DNA from: an uncultured Verrucomicrobiae bacterium
Lineage (GTDB): Bacteria; Verrucomicrobiota; Verrucomicrobiia; Chthoniobacterales; UBA10450
Reading direction: 5' to 3'
NCBI GenBank assembly: GCA_963801815.1
Contig: CAWDGJ010000003.1
Coordinates: forward strand, 320,001 to 384,000
DNA length: 64,000 nt
Below the pieces are notes generated by a model. The model worked only from the letters and a program-made list of their open reading frames with translations. It made no database searches and had not been told where the DNA came from. This document shows, one piece after another, positions 9,861 through 19,191 of the stretch. Position numbers and translations under genes: made by a program. How positions within the stretch are numbered: the first letter of the stretch is position 1; every line of letters begins with the position of its first letter.

Positions 9861-10516
9861 ACTCCGCGCTGAGTCGGCGTCCAGATAAACTTATGCATCT
9901 GAAGTTGGAATCGGACGTTGAGCTTGTCGGCCATGATCCATTCCACGATGTGTCGGGGATCGATCCGACCGAAGATCGGCGAGAACAAGACCGCGTGGCA
10001 ACGTTTCGTTAAATCGAACTTTTCAACTTTATCGCGCGACCATTCGTAATCTTCGCGCGAACCTATGACGAACTTTACTTCGTCGCGCTTGCTCAGGTGA
10101 TCGACGTTCGACCAAAGGTTTTTTTCAACTTCGCCGCTGCCCGGCGTCTTCAAATCCATGATCCGATGCACGCGGGAATCCACTTTCGAAATCTTGTGTG
10201 CGCCACTGGTCTCGAGCAATACGGTATGGCCCGCGTCGCACAACATCGACATCAAAGGCAGAACATTTTTTTGCAGCAATGGCTCGCCGCCAGTGATCTC
10301 GACAAGCGGGCATTTAAAACTCGAGACGCAAGTAAGGATATCCTTGAGCGAAGCCTTCTTTCCTTCGTAAAAGGCGTACTCGGTGTCGCAGTAGTTGCAG
10401 CGGAGATCACAGAATGTCAGTCGAACAAAGACACAACGCTCACCGGCCCAGGTGCTTTCACCCTGGATAGATTCGTAAATCTCGTTGATGGTCAGCGTTT
10501 TCTCTGCTTCTGCCAT
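9857..10516 (-). CDS. queE: 7-carboxy-7-deazaguanine synthase QueE (radical SAM)
   Basis: IYESIQGE, CDLRCNYCDT, ITGGEPLLQ, QLQMHKFIW. Start set at MAEAEK because the upstream extension is heptad repeat. Confidence 0.85.
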   Translation of the reverse strand: MAEAEKTLTINEIYESIQGESTWAGERCVFVRLTFCDLRCNYCDTEYAFYEGKKASLKDILTCVSSFKCPLVEITGGEPLLQKNVLPLMSMLCDAGHTVLLETSGAHKISKVDSRVHRIMDLKTPGSGEVEKNLWSNVDHLSKRDEVKFVIGSREDYEWSRDKVEKFDLTKRCHAVLFSPIFGRIDPRHIVEWIMADKLNVRFQLQMHKFIWTPTQRGV

Positions 10517-10557
10517 TGGGCGTTGGACGTTCGGCATTGGACGTTGGACGTTGGAAA
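10516..10557. repeat. TTGGACG heptad tandem repeat in the queE/trpA divergent spacer
   Basis: ttgggcg ttggacg ttcggca ttggacg ttggacg ttggaaa. Confidence 0.75.
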
Positions 10558-10564
10558 CCTAACC

Positions 10565-11383
10565 GTGAAAAACAGGATCGACAATTGCTTCGCTGAGCTT
10601 CGGGCGGCAAAACGCAAAGGCTTTATTCCCTACATTTGTGCCGGCGATCCAAACTTGAAGCGAACGGTGGACCTTGGGCTCGCTTTGGAAAAGGCCGGTG
10701 CCGATTTGCTGGAGCTGGGTCTGCCGTTCTCAGATCCGCTCGCGGACGGGGTCGTGAATCAGCTCGCCGCGCTGCGGGCGCTCAAAGCGGGCACGACTAT
10801 TCGTGGCGTCTTCGATTGCATTCGTGAAATCCGGCTCAAATCGGAGATCCCAATCGTGCTTTACACTTACTTGAATCCGATTTTTCAGTTCGGCGTCGCT
10901 GAATTTCATCGCGAGGCGGAAAAGACCGGCGTTGATGGACTGTTAATTCTCGATCTTCCGCCAGAAGAGGACGCCTTTGAACTCGACCGATCGCATCGGT
11001 CAAGTTTGGGCGAGCTCGCTCACATTCGACTAATCGCGCCGACAACTCCGTCGGACCGAATCAAGAAAATCGCGAAGAAGGCGAAAGGTTTCATTTATTA
11101 TGTCTCGCGCGAAGGTGTCACCGGTGCGCGTGACTCGATTGCGAGTTCTCTAAAGGAAAAAATCACTGACCTGCGAAAGCATTCGAAGCTTCCGATTGCC
11201 GTTGGTTTTGGAATTTCAAATCCGGAGCAAGCTCGCGAAGTTGCTCGGCATGCGGATGCCGTTGTAGTCGGCAGCGCAATTGTTGACCTGACCGCAAGAC
11301 ATGGGGATACCGTTGAGACCATCGAGAAGGTTGGCGCATTTGCTGGCGAGATTGCGAGGGCAATTCACTCGGTAAATCATTAA
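10565..11383 (+). CDS. trpA: Tryptophan synthase alpha chain
   Basis: FIPYICAGDP, LELGLPFSDPLADG, YYVSREGVTG, AVGFGIS, VVVGSA. GTG start at 10565; the ORF-track extension overlaps queE. Confidence 0.95.
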   Translation: MKNRIDNCFAELRAAKRKGFIPYICAGDPNLKRTVDLGLALEKAGADLLELGLPFSDPLADGVVNQLAALRALKAGTTIRGVFDCIREIRLKSEIPIVLYTYLNPIFQFGVAEFHREAEKTGVDGLLILDLPPEEDAFELDRSHRSSLGELAHIRLIAPTTPSDRIKKIAKKAKGFIYYVSREGVTGARDSIASSLKEKITDLRKHSKLPIAVGFGISNPEQAREVARHADAVVVGSAIVDLTARHGDTVETIEKVGAFAGEIARAIHSVNH

Positions 11384-11409
11384 ATCAATCACTGAACCGT
11401 TAACTGGAT

Positions 11410-12153
11410 TCAGATTCCGCACTTCTGTCGCGCTTCGGTGAAGTTGGATTTCTTACGGAGAAGCGACCCCAGATAGCTGTCGGTTGCGGGCGCGTTATTG
11501 ATTCGCACCAGGTTTGCCGGCGTTTCCAGTCGCGAAAAAATCGCGTTCGCTATTTTCGCTCGCGGCACTTCTTTCTCGCCGTAACCCATTCCGATATTGC
11601 TCGACCAGAATCGAACGTACTCGCCGTCGGGACGTTGGGCCGTGCCAAGAAAAATCACTGAATGGCCGCTTTCGCGCTGTCCGACATTGTTGTTCCAAAA
11701 AATCTTCATGAAATCACCGGGCTGGGCTTGCGCGAAATCGGTGAAGTTGTGACCGAGTCCAAGTTCGTAAAACAAACGCGCCGTGCCCGGACCGTTTGCA
11801 TTCCAGCGTCCCCACACGCCTTCACCATCATGCTGATCGCGAATGATCAATTGATTCAATGTGGCGAAATCGAGTTGGAGCTGGCCACGGTCGCGCAGTT
11901 CCTCGATAGCTTTAATGAAAACCAAATAGGTCGCGCCAGAGCAGAAACTCACGTAAGGCTTCGTCGGAATGACAAAAAATTTTCCCGATTCGAAATGCGC
12001 CGCAGACTGCAACTTTATTTTTGCGAAGTGCGAGACGGAGTATTTTCCGCCACTCGGCATTTTATTTACCAGATCGAGAATGAGCGAGTTGTAGTCTCCA
12101 GCGCTTGCCGATGCAGCGACGCAGATAGAGAGAAGCGTAATCAGCTTGCGCAT
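11410..12153 (-). CDS. Secreted hypothetical protein (possible Cys-His papain/NlpC-like fold)
   Basis: Signal peptide MRKLITLLSICVAASASA; FCSG and GHSVIF motifs. Confidence 0.65.
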   Translation of the reverse strand: MRKLITLLSICVAASASAGDYNSLILDLVNKMPSGGKYSVSHFAKIKLQSAAHFESGKFFVIPTKPYVSFCSGATYLVFIKAIEELRDRGQLQLDFATLNQLIIRDQHDGEGVWGRWNANGPGTARLFYELGLGHNFTDFAQAQPGDFMKIFWNNNVGQRESGHSVIFLGTAQRPDGEYVRFWSSNIGMGYGEKEVPRAKIANAIFSRLETPANLVRINNAPATDSYLGSLLRKKSNFTEARQKCGI

Positions 12154-12235
12154 AGCGGGGGAATAAACGGCAAATTTCAATTTAGGCAACGCCGCTTAGG
12201 TTGCGGCTGTGCGCAGCCACCGCTACAATTCCAAG

Positions 12236-13039
12236 ATGTTGCGTTTCACCAAGATGAACGGCGCGGGCAACGACTTCGTCATGATCGACAATCGCGCTGG
12301 CGATGTGCGGCTCGAGCCCAATCAAATCGTCCGTATTTGCGATCGGCATCGCGGTGTTGGCGCGGACGGGATCTTGTTGCTCGAGAAAGGTTTAAATGGC
12401 GCTGATTTTAAGATGCGTTATTACAATCGCGACGGCGGCGAAGCGGAAATGTGTGGCAACGGCGCGCGCTGTTTCGCACGATTTGCTCACAGGATTGCCA
12501 CGACACCAGCGAAAATTTCATTTCAAACGCCGGCTGGACTGATTCGTGGCGAACTGCGCGGCGAATTGGTGACGCTGCAAATGAGCGAACCGAAAGATTT
12601 ACAGCGTGAAATCGATTTGGTTGCTAACGGACATAAGGAGCACGTGCATTTCATCAATAGTGGCGTTCCACATGTCGTCGTCCCCGTTTCCAAGGTGGAC
12701 GATGTCGATGTTCGGAAACGCGGCGAGGCACTTCGGCGTCATGAAAAGTTTTCCCCGGCGGGTGCGAATGTGAATTTCATTGAAAAACGGGGTCCAAAAA
12801 AGATTTTGGTGCGAACGTACGAGCGCGGAGTCGAAGACGAAACGCTTGCGTGTGGAACCGGCGTAGTCGCCAGCGCGCTGATTTTTGGCGCGACCGAAAG
12901 CGTTGATGGACCAATCAGCGTCACGGTTCGCAGCGGCAGTGAATTGAGCGTCGATTTTAAGAGAGCAGGGGACCGGTTCACTAACGTGACGCTCACCGGT
13001 CCAGCCGAATTCGCGTTCGAAGGAACGATTGATCTCTAA
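12236..13039 (+). CDS. dapF: Diaminopimelate epimerase
   Basis: FTKMNGAGNDF, EMCGNGARC, ERGVEDETLACGTG. Confidence 0.96.
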   Translation: MLRFTKMNGAGNDFVMIDNRAGDVRLEPNQIVRICDRHRGVGADGILLLEKGLNGADFKMRYYNRDGGEAEMCGNGARCFARFAHRIATTPAKISFQTPAGLIRGELRGELVTLQMSEPKDLQREIDLVANGHKEHVHFINSGVPHVVVPVSKVDDVDVRKRGEALRRHEKFSPAGANVNFIEKRGPKKILVRTYERGVEDETLACGTGVVASALIFGATESVDGPISVTVRSGSELSVDFKRAGDRFTNVTLTGPAEFAFEGTIDL

Positions 13040-13071
13040 TCAATTCAACGTTGTAACTTTTTAACGATCTT

Positions 13072-13950
13072 ATGTTTCGCGGCACTTTCACTGCGCTGGT
13101 CACGCCGTTTCGCAACGGCGATATCGATTTCGCTGCGTTCGATAAATTGATCGAACTGCAAATAGCAGCTGGAATCACCGGTCTGGTCGCCGTTGGCACG
13201 ACTGGCGAATCGCCAACGTTGACGCACGACGAAAAAGAAAAACTGATTCAGCGGACGGTGAAGGTCGCGAACGGACGTTGCAAAGTCATTGCGGGAACGG
13301 GAACAAACTCTACTCGCGACGCGATCGCTGCGACCCAGTTCGCCGAGAAAGCTGGCGTCGACGCCGCGTTATTGGTTGCCCCTTATTACAACAAACCAAG
13401 CCAGGAGGGCTTGTTTCGCCACTTCAAAGCAATCGCCGGTGCCACCAAGCTGCCAATTATGCTCTACAACATTCCTGGCCGCTGCGGGGTTGATATCGGA
13501 CCGGACACGGTTGTTCGACTCGCGGAAGATTCTTCCAACATCGTTTCGATCAAAGAGGCGAGCGGGAGCGTCGAACGAGTGGCTGAGCTACGCCGCCGGT
13601 TGCCGAAGGAATTTACTATCTTGAGTGGGGACGACGGATTGACAGTGCCTTTCATGTCGGTCGGCGCGGTGGGAGTGGTGAGCGTCGCTTCGAATTTATT
13701 TCCAACGGAGCTCTGCTCTCTCGTGCGCGCGTGCGAATCTGGCGATTTTAAATCAGCGGAGGATTTGCACCGGAAAATGGGACCAATCTTCAAAGACTTG
13801 TTCATTGAACCGAATCCGGTCCCGGCAAAAACCGCGCTCGCCTGGCGCGGAACAATCTCTTTCGAAGTCCGTCTGCCGCTCTGTGAGATGACGGAGCCGA
13901 ATCAAGCGCGCTTGCGCAAGACGCTCGAAGCGTTCGAAAAATCGAAATGA
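13072..13950 (+). CDS. dapA: 4-hydroxy-tetrahydrodipicolinate synthase
   Basis: GTTGES, PYYNKPSQEG, YNIPGR, IKEASG, FIEPNPVPAK. Confidence 0.96.
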   Translation: MFRGTFTALVTPFRNGDIDFAAFDKLIELQIAAGITGLVAVGTTGESPTLTHDEKEKLIQRTVKVANGRCKVIAGTGTNSTRDAIAATQFAEKAGVDAALLVAPYYNKPSQEGLFRHFKAIAGATKLPIMLYNIPGRCGVDIGPDTVVRLAEDSSNIVSIKEASGSVERVAELRRRLPKEFTILSGDDGLTVPFMSVGAVGVVSVASNLFPTELCSLVRACESGDFKSAEDLHRKMGPIFKDLFIEPNPVPAKTALAWRGTISFEVRLPLCEMTEPNQARLRKTLEAFEKSK

Positions 13951-14627
13951 AATCACACGTAGGCGTCGCGCTGATTGGTGCGCGTGGTCGAATGGGTCAG
14001 GCGATTATCGAATTGGCAAAAAACGATCCGGAAATCGTCATCGTCGCGCAGTGCGATCTCGGCGATCCAATCGAGATTGCGTTGAAGGACTGTGATGTGG
14101 CGATCGATTTCAGTAACGCGAGCGCGATCAACGAGGTTTGCTCCGCTGCGACCAGACAGCGCAAGGCGCTGGTCGTCGGCACGACGGGTCATTCACCGGA
14201 ACAACGACAATTGGTCGAAAAAACGGCGAAATCGTTGCCAATCGTGTTCGCTTCGAACTTCAGCGTGGGAGTCAACGTTTTGTTCGCGCTGACACGCCGA
14301 GCTGCTCAGATTCTTCCATCGGAATTCAAGCCAGAGATCGTCGAAACGCATCATGCGAAGAAGAAAGATGCACCGAGTGGGACGGCGAAAACTCTCGGTG
14401 AACTTTTAAAATCAGAATTGCACGTCGAAATTCCAATTGAATCGATTCGGGAAGGCGACGTTGTCGGCGAGCACACGGTGAGTTTCGTAGGACCGAGCGA
14501 ACGACTCGAGCTGACGCATCGCGCCGGCAGTCGGGAGATTTTTGCCCGGGGCGCGTTACGTGCGGCGGAGTGGGTTGCCGGCAGGCCGGCAGGGCTTTAT
14601 TCGATGCAAGATGTCTTGGGACTTTGA
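13947..14627 (+). CDS. dapB: 4-hydroxy-tetrahydrodipicolinate reductase
   Basis: GARGRMG, VGTTG, ETHHAKKKDAPSGTA, VVGEH. Confidence 0.95.
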   Translation: MKSHVGVALIGARGRMGQAIIELAKNDPEIVIVAQCDLGDPIEIALKDCDVAIDFSNASAINEVCSAATRQRKALVVGTTGHSPEQRQLVEKTAKSLPIVFASNFSVGVNVLFALTRRAAQILPSEFKPEIVETHHAKKKDAPSGTAKTLGELLKSELHVEIPIESIREGDVVGEHTVSFVGPSERLELTHRAGSREIFARGALRAAEWVAGRPAGLYSMQDVLGL

Positions 14628-14630
14628 AGC

Positions 14631-14680
14631 TGTAGCGGCGCTCTGCGAGCGCCGACCGGCGGTCATAGACCGCCGCTACA
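14631..14680. repeat. GTAG-type REP doublet between dapB and folK
   Basis: TGTAG-CGGCGCTCtgcGAGCGCCG-ac-CGGCGGTCataGACCGCCG-CTACA. Confidence 0.8.
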
Positions 14681-14684
14681 AAAA

Positions 14685-15182
14685 ATGAGAGTTGGCGTCG
14701 CGCTTGGTTCGAATCTGGGCGATCGAATGGCGAATCTGCGCGCCGCGCGACAGGCGATTGAAAATCTTCTTGGCGATAAGCCGCTGTTGTCCTCACCCGT
14801 CTATGAAACAGAACCGGTCGGTTGTGAGCCCGGTGCAGGAAAATTTCTCAATGCCGTGTTGGAAGTCGAGTACGACGGCGATCCGACTCGGTTGCTCGAA
14901 CATATGGTTCGCATTGAAGAATCGCTCGGCCGAACGCGCGGACAGGCTCCCACTGTCTCGCGCAAGATCGACATTGATCTGCTTTATGCTGGTGAGTTGG
15001 ACGTGAGCAATGAACGGTTGCAGTTGCCGCATCCGCGAATGCATTTGCGGAAGTTCGTTCTCCAGCCATTGGCAGATATCCGTCCCGAACTGATTTTGCC
15101 GAACCACACCGTGACCGTCCGGGAGCTACTCGCGGAACTACAGGATTCGGCTACAGTGACTCGCTTCGCGGAAAACTGGTAA
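14685..15182 (+). CDS. folK: 2-amino-4-hydroxy-6-hydroxymethyldihydropteridine diphosphokinase
   Basis: ALGSNLGDR, FLNAV, RKIDIDLL, LPHPRM. Confidence 0.95.
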   Translation: MRVGVALGSNLGDRMANLRAARQAIENLLGDKPLLSSPVYETEPVGCEPGAGKFLNAVLEVEYDGDPTRLLEHMVRIEESLGRTRGQAPTVSRKIDIDLLYAGELDVSNERLQLPHPRMHLRKFVLQPLADIRPELILPNHTVTVRELLAELQDSATVTRFAENW

Positions 15183-15958
15183 TGAGGAACCTGGTTGAAA
15201 AGTATCGGGAGTTAAAAAAGCGCGGCGAGAAAATCACAGCGCTAACGGCTTACGATTATCCAACTGCGCGGCTGCTCGACGAGAGCGGAATCGACATCAT
15301 TCTCGTCGGCGACTCGGTGGGCATGGTCGTTCTTGGTTACGAAGATACGACCGAAGTTACGCTTGAGGAGATGCTGCATCACACGCAAGCGGCTGCTCGC
15401 GGGGTGAAGAACGCGTTACTGGTCGGCGACATGCCAATTCATACATTCGACACGCCCGACAAAGCTGTCGCAACGGCAAGGAAATTTGTCGACGCGGGCG
15501 CGCAAGCGGTGAAGCTGGAAGGGGGCGTCAGTCACGTCGCGCACATCGAAGCGATCACTCGCGCCGGGATTCCATTTATGGCGCACATCGGAATGTTGCC
15601 GCAGCAGGTACGCGAACAGGGTGGTTACAAGGTGAAAGGCAAAACGCAATCGGAAGCGGAGGCGTTGATCGCGGACGCGCGCGCGGTTGAAAAAGCAGGG
15701 GCGTTCTCAGTCGTTCTCGAAATTGTAGTGCCCGAAATCGCGAAGCAGATTACGAACGCGATCGGAATTCCAACGATTGGCATTGGTTCGGGCGAGAATT
15801 GTGACGGGCAAATCCTGGTCACGCATGATTTGATTGGATTGTTTCCGTGGTTCACGCCGAAGTTTGTTTCTCCGGAAGCACGGGTGGCGGATGAAATCCG
15901 AAAGGCCGCCCGGGCTTTCATTGAACGAACGCGCGCCGGCCGGTTGTCCAACGCCTGA
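15182..15958 (+). CDS. panB: 3-methyl-2-oxobutanoate hydroxymethyltransferase
   Basis: LTAYD, ILVGDS, AVKLEGG, PTIGIGSG, DGQILV. Confidence 0.96.
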   Translation: MRNLVEKYRELKKRGEKITALTAYDYPTARLLDESGIDIILVGDSVGMVVLGYEDTTEVTLEEMLHHTQAAARGVKNALLVGDMPIHTFDTPDKAVATARKFVDAGAQAVKLEGGVSHVAHIEAITRAGIPFMAHIGMLPQQVREQGGYKVKGKTQSEAEALIADARAVEKAGAFSVVLEIVVPEIAKQITNAIGIPTIGIGSGENCDGQILVTHDLIGLFPWFTPKFVSPEARVADEIRKAARAFIERTRAGRLSNA

Positions 15959-16000
15959 CCGGTTGACAACCATCGGGCGGTAACGGTGTTTAACTAAACG

Positions 16001-17092
16001 ATGAAAGGCGCAGCGAGAGTCTCCGATTTCGACGACATCGACGATATCGAACACGAAGCGTTACTGACCGGAAGTCCCGAGCGAAGCTGGATATGGTTCG
16101 GACTGATCGTCTCGCTCTGTCTGCACATCACGCTCTGCATTTGGTTTTATCGCACGCGATTCATGTCGGTAGAAACAGTCTTTGCGGACACCCAGCAACC
16201 AATGACGTTTCGAGTGAAACCGGTCGACCTGAGCCAGATTGACAAAGCGAGTGGCGATCAAATCAATCCGGCCTCGAAGCCGAATCCTGACGATACCAAA
16301 AATCAGCAGCCGGACGAGAAGAAGTCATTCGACAAGTTGCTGGAGGAAATTCAGGCGACCACCCAAATGCCTGACGACATGAGCAATGTGCTGCCCGACA
16401 AACCAAAGGTGGAACAAGCAGATGTGACTTCGGTGATGAATGAGATCGAGCGAAGCGCCGCGCAAACGCTCTCGACGAGTCCCAACGCAACTCACGAACA
16501 GGCATCATTGAATGAGAGTTCGGTATCGGGTCGACCGCAGCCCGCGTTGAGCGGCACGGAATTGGCCACGAGCACGATCATCAAGCGTCCAAATACGTTT
16601 ACGAGTAAGCTTCCTGGCGACAGCGCGGGCCCGAATAAAAAAGGCGCGCCCGGATTCAGCGACCTCGACCAATTGCTTTCTCAAAAAGGTCCGCTCGGTT
16701 CGGGAACAAAGATTCGCATGCCGGAAGACCAACTTTTCTCATTCGATAGCGCCGAACTACAGCCGGGCGATATTTTGCAAAAACTGGTCGATCTCCTGAA
16801 ACGTAACCCGAAAGCGACGTTTACAATTGAGGGTTACACCGATTCGATCGGCACTGCCGAATACAATCTGGATCTTAGCCAACGCCGGGCTGACAACATG
16901 AAATATTATCTGGTGCAAGCGCTTGGTATCGATCAGTCACAGATCGACGCGCGCGGGCGGGGATCGACGAAGTTCGTCGTTCCACCGCACGTAGTGGCGC
17001 CGAATGCGGGTAAGGCGGAGTTCGATGCCGAGATTCAGCGCGAAAGCCCCAATCGACGCGTCGAAGTCACGATCAACACAAATCCGCTGTAG
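16001..17092 (+). CDS. Single-TM OmpA-family peptidoglycan-binding protein
   Basis: N-terminal TM; C-terminal IEGYTDSIG...NLDLSQRRA...NRRVEV. Confidence 0.85.
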   Translation: MKGAARVSDFDDIDDIEHEALLTGSPERSWIWFGLIVSLCLHITLCIWFYRTRFMSVETVFADTQQPMTFRVKPVDLSQIDKASGDQINPASKPNPDDTKNQQPDEKKSFDKLLEEIQATTQMPDDMSNVLPDKPKVEQADVTSVMNEIERSAAQTLSTSPNATHEQASLNESSVSGRPQPALSGTELATSTIIKRPNTFTSKLPGDSAGPNKKGAPGFSDLDQLLSQKGPLGSGTKIRMPEDQLFSFDSAELQPGDILQKLVDLLKRNPKATFTIEGYTDSIGTAEYNLDLSQRRADNMKYYLVQALGIDQSQIDARGRGSTKFVVPPHVVAPNAGKAEFDAEIQRESPNRRVEVTINTNPL

Positions 17093-17101
17093 ATTTTCGC
17101 G

Positions 17102-17782
17102 TCACCAGTTTCTGATCCATTGCGTTTGGTTGGGCGGACTGTTGTTGTCGATGTTTCCAGCCGTACTCCATAGATCGAACGTTGGATTGTAACCAGTCGC
17201 CGGATTCTTTTGATACGCCGTCGAGTAGCCGTAGCTATTTCCGAATGGGTCGCGAATGTATTGAACATTCTGACCCTGGTTAGCCGGACTCAGCATGTAC
17301 GGTTTGAAAACAAAATACGACTTGGCTCCGCTGACTGTCGTGCGGCTTCCACTGGCCGTGGAGCCAAAAAGCGAGTCATACAGAAAAAGGCTCGCTGTCT
17401 GATAGTTAGTCGGATTGCCCGAAGTGCGCGCGTCCAGATTGTCAGTCGTGTTTTTGACCATGTCGCGCGGATGAATTCCGTTGTCGGCTTTATAATTTTC
17501 GAGCGCCGCAGAGATAGCGGCGATTTCGGTTTCGGCGCGGGAACGGGCGCCTTTGTTCTGGACGTAACCGACCGCGCTCAAAATCAAGCCGGCCAAAAGA
17601 ACGACGACCGCCATAACCACGAGCAGCTCGATGACCGTGAACGCGGCTCCGCCACGAAGCTCGAAATTCGAAACCCGAAACTCGAAACAATTCTTAAAAT
17701 TCAAAGTTCCGAAGTCCAAAACTTCATTTCGGTGCAGGCGTTTTGGATTTGGAAAATTCGAGATTGTTTGGAGATGCGACAT
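17102..17782 (-). CDS. Prepilin / GspG-like pseudopilin (start uncertain)
   Basis: A|FTVIELLVVM class III signal, ALENYKADNG, DPFGNSYGY, FDLWS; follows pilC/gspF. Confidence 0.85.
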   Translation of the reverse strand: MSHLQTISNFPNPKRLHRNEVLDFGTLNFKNCFEFRVSNFELRGGAAFTVIELLVVMAVVVLLAGLILSAVGYVQNKGARSRAETEIAAISAALENYKADNGIHPRDMVKNTTDNLDARTSGNPTNYQTASLFLYDSLFGSTASGSRTTVSGAKSYFVFKPYMLSPANQGQNVQYIRDPFGNSYGYSTAYQKNPATGYNPTFDLWSTAGNIDNNSPPNQTQWIRNW

Positions 17783-17792
17783 TCGAGTTTCG
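17661..17792. repeat. Palindromic heptad-repeat element, copy 2 (overlaps the pilin leader)
   Basis: TCGAAATTCGAAACCCGAAACTCGAAACAA ... TTGTTTGGAGATGCGACATTCGAGTTTCG; similar to 7723-7860. Confidence 0.7.
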
Positions 17793-17811
17793 TTATTCCG
17801 CCTTAGGCGGA

Positions 17812-19101
17812 TCAGGTTTGTTGTTGCAAACCCTGGATAATGCCAATCAACGGCAGAAACAACGCGACAACAATCGTGCCGACCACGAGCGCTAGAAATA
17901 GAATCATGATCGGTTCGAGTGCTGCGGTCATGGCCGCGACCGCAGTGTCTACTTCGTCGTCGTAAACGTCCGCGATTTTCAAAAGCATTTCCGGCAGCTG
18001 ACCGGTTTCTTCGCCCACATCAACCATACTTACGACCATTGGCGGAAACGCGCCGCTGGCTTCAAGCGGTTGAACGATCGGTTCGCCTTCCTTCACACTC
18101 TCGTGCACTTGTGCGATTGCGTGCGCGATCACAGTGTTGCCGGCGGTCTCGCGCGTGATAGTCAGCGCCTGCAAAATCGGCACGCCGCTGGTGACCAGCG
18201 TTCCGAGCGTGCGCGAAAATCGCGAGATCGCCGTCTTGCGAATCACGTCGCCAAGAAGCGGCAACCGCAATTTCGCGCGATCCACAGTGGATTTTCCTGG
18301 AGTGGTGCGATTGGCAAACCTGTAACCAGCGATTAGTGCTAAAATAATTGCCATGAAGAGCAGCCAGTGATCTTGGACAAATCGGCTGGCATTAATCACC
18401 AGTGTCGTGATTCCAGGTAACGGCCGGTCCCCGAGCATATCGTGAAAGATCGCTTCGAATTTTGGCACGATGAAGACCAGTAAAAATCCCATGATCGCGA
18501 TCGCCATCGTCATGACGATGATCGGATAAACCATGGCGGCGGCGACTTTGTTTTTGATTTTGGCCGCCTTTTCCTGAAACTCGGCCAACCGCGTGAGCAC
18601 GAGCTCGAGCACGCCGCCGATTTCGCCAGCCTTGATCATATTGACGTAGAGATCGTTAAAGATGGACGGAAACTGCTCGAGACTTTCGGAGAACGTGTTG
18701 CCGCCCTGGACCGAATCGCCAAGTTTCTCGATCGTGCTTTTCAAAACCTTGTCGCGTTCTTGTTTGGCGAGAACGTTGAGCCCACGCAACAATGGCAGAC
18801 CGGAATCGATCAGGGTCGCGAGTTGACGCGTGAAGATCATTAAAATCTTCGGTTTAACTCTTTTGCGCTGAAAGAGAACGATGCCTTTATCTTTTCCGCG
18901 CAATTGAGCACCGCCGGCAGGGACCGCACGCTTCGAAGCTTTCCCTTCGACGCGCCCGGCTTTGCCTTCTTCGGAAACGCTCGTTGGGAAAAATCCCGCC
19001 TGCCGCAATTGGCCTATTGCTTCGTCGGTCGAAGCGGCTTCGACCATTCCGTTGGATTCTTGTCCACGCGAATCGAGCGCTACATAGATGAACCGAGACA
19101 T
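17812..19101 (-). CDS. Type IV pilus / T2SS inner-membrane platform protein PilC/GspF
   Basis: FTRQLATLIDSGLPL, AGEIGGVL, VGEETGQL, LEPIMIL...LFLP. Confidence 0.93.
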   Translation of the reverse strand: MSRFIYVALDSRGQESNGMVEAASTDEAIGQLRQAGFFPTSVSEEGKAGRVEGKASKRAVPAGGAQLRGKDKGIVLFQRKRVKPKILMIFTRQLATLIDSGLPLLRGLNVLAKQERDKVLKSTIEKLGDSVQGGNTFSESLEQFPSIFNDLYVNMIKAGEIGGVLELVLTRLAEFQEKAAKIKNKVAAAMVYPIIVMTMAIAIMGFLLVFIVPKFEAIFHDMLGDRPLPGITTLVINASRFVQDHWLLFMAIILALIAGYRFANRTTPGKSTVDRAKLRLPLLGDVIRKTAISRFSRTLGTLVTSGVPILQALTITRETAGNTVIAHAIAQVHESVKEGEPIVQPLEASGAFPPMVVSMVDVGEETGQLPEMLLKIADVYDDEVDTAVAAMTAALEPIMILFLALVVGTIVVALFLPLIGIIQGLQQQT

Positions 19102-19108
19102 GAAAGGA

Positions 19109-19148
19109 ATTTAGTGATTAGACGATTTAATGATTTAGCGATTGAAGA
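19109..19148. repeat. 8-nt degenerate tandem repeat (ATTTAGyG)
   Basis: atttagtg attagacg atttaatg atttagcg attgaaga. Confidence 0.55.
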
Positions 19149-19191
19149 AGATCAAGGTATGTCCGTTTTCATTCGTTAAAGATTTAAATGT

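Noticed and set aside
10097..10564. 156-aa N-terminal extension of trpA
   Set aside because: It is antisense to queE; TrpA homology starts at GTG 10565.
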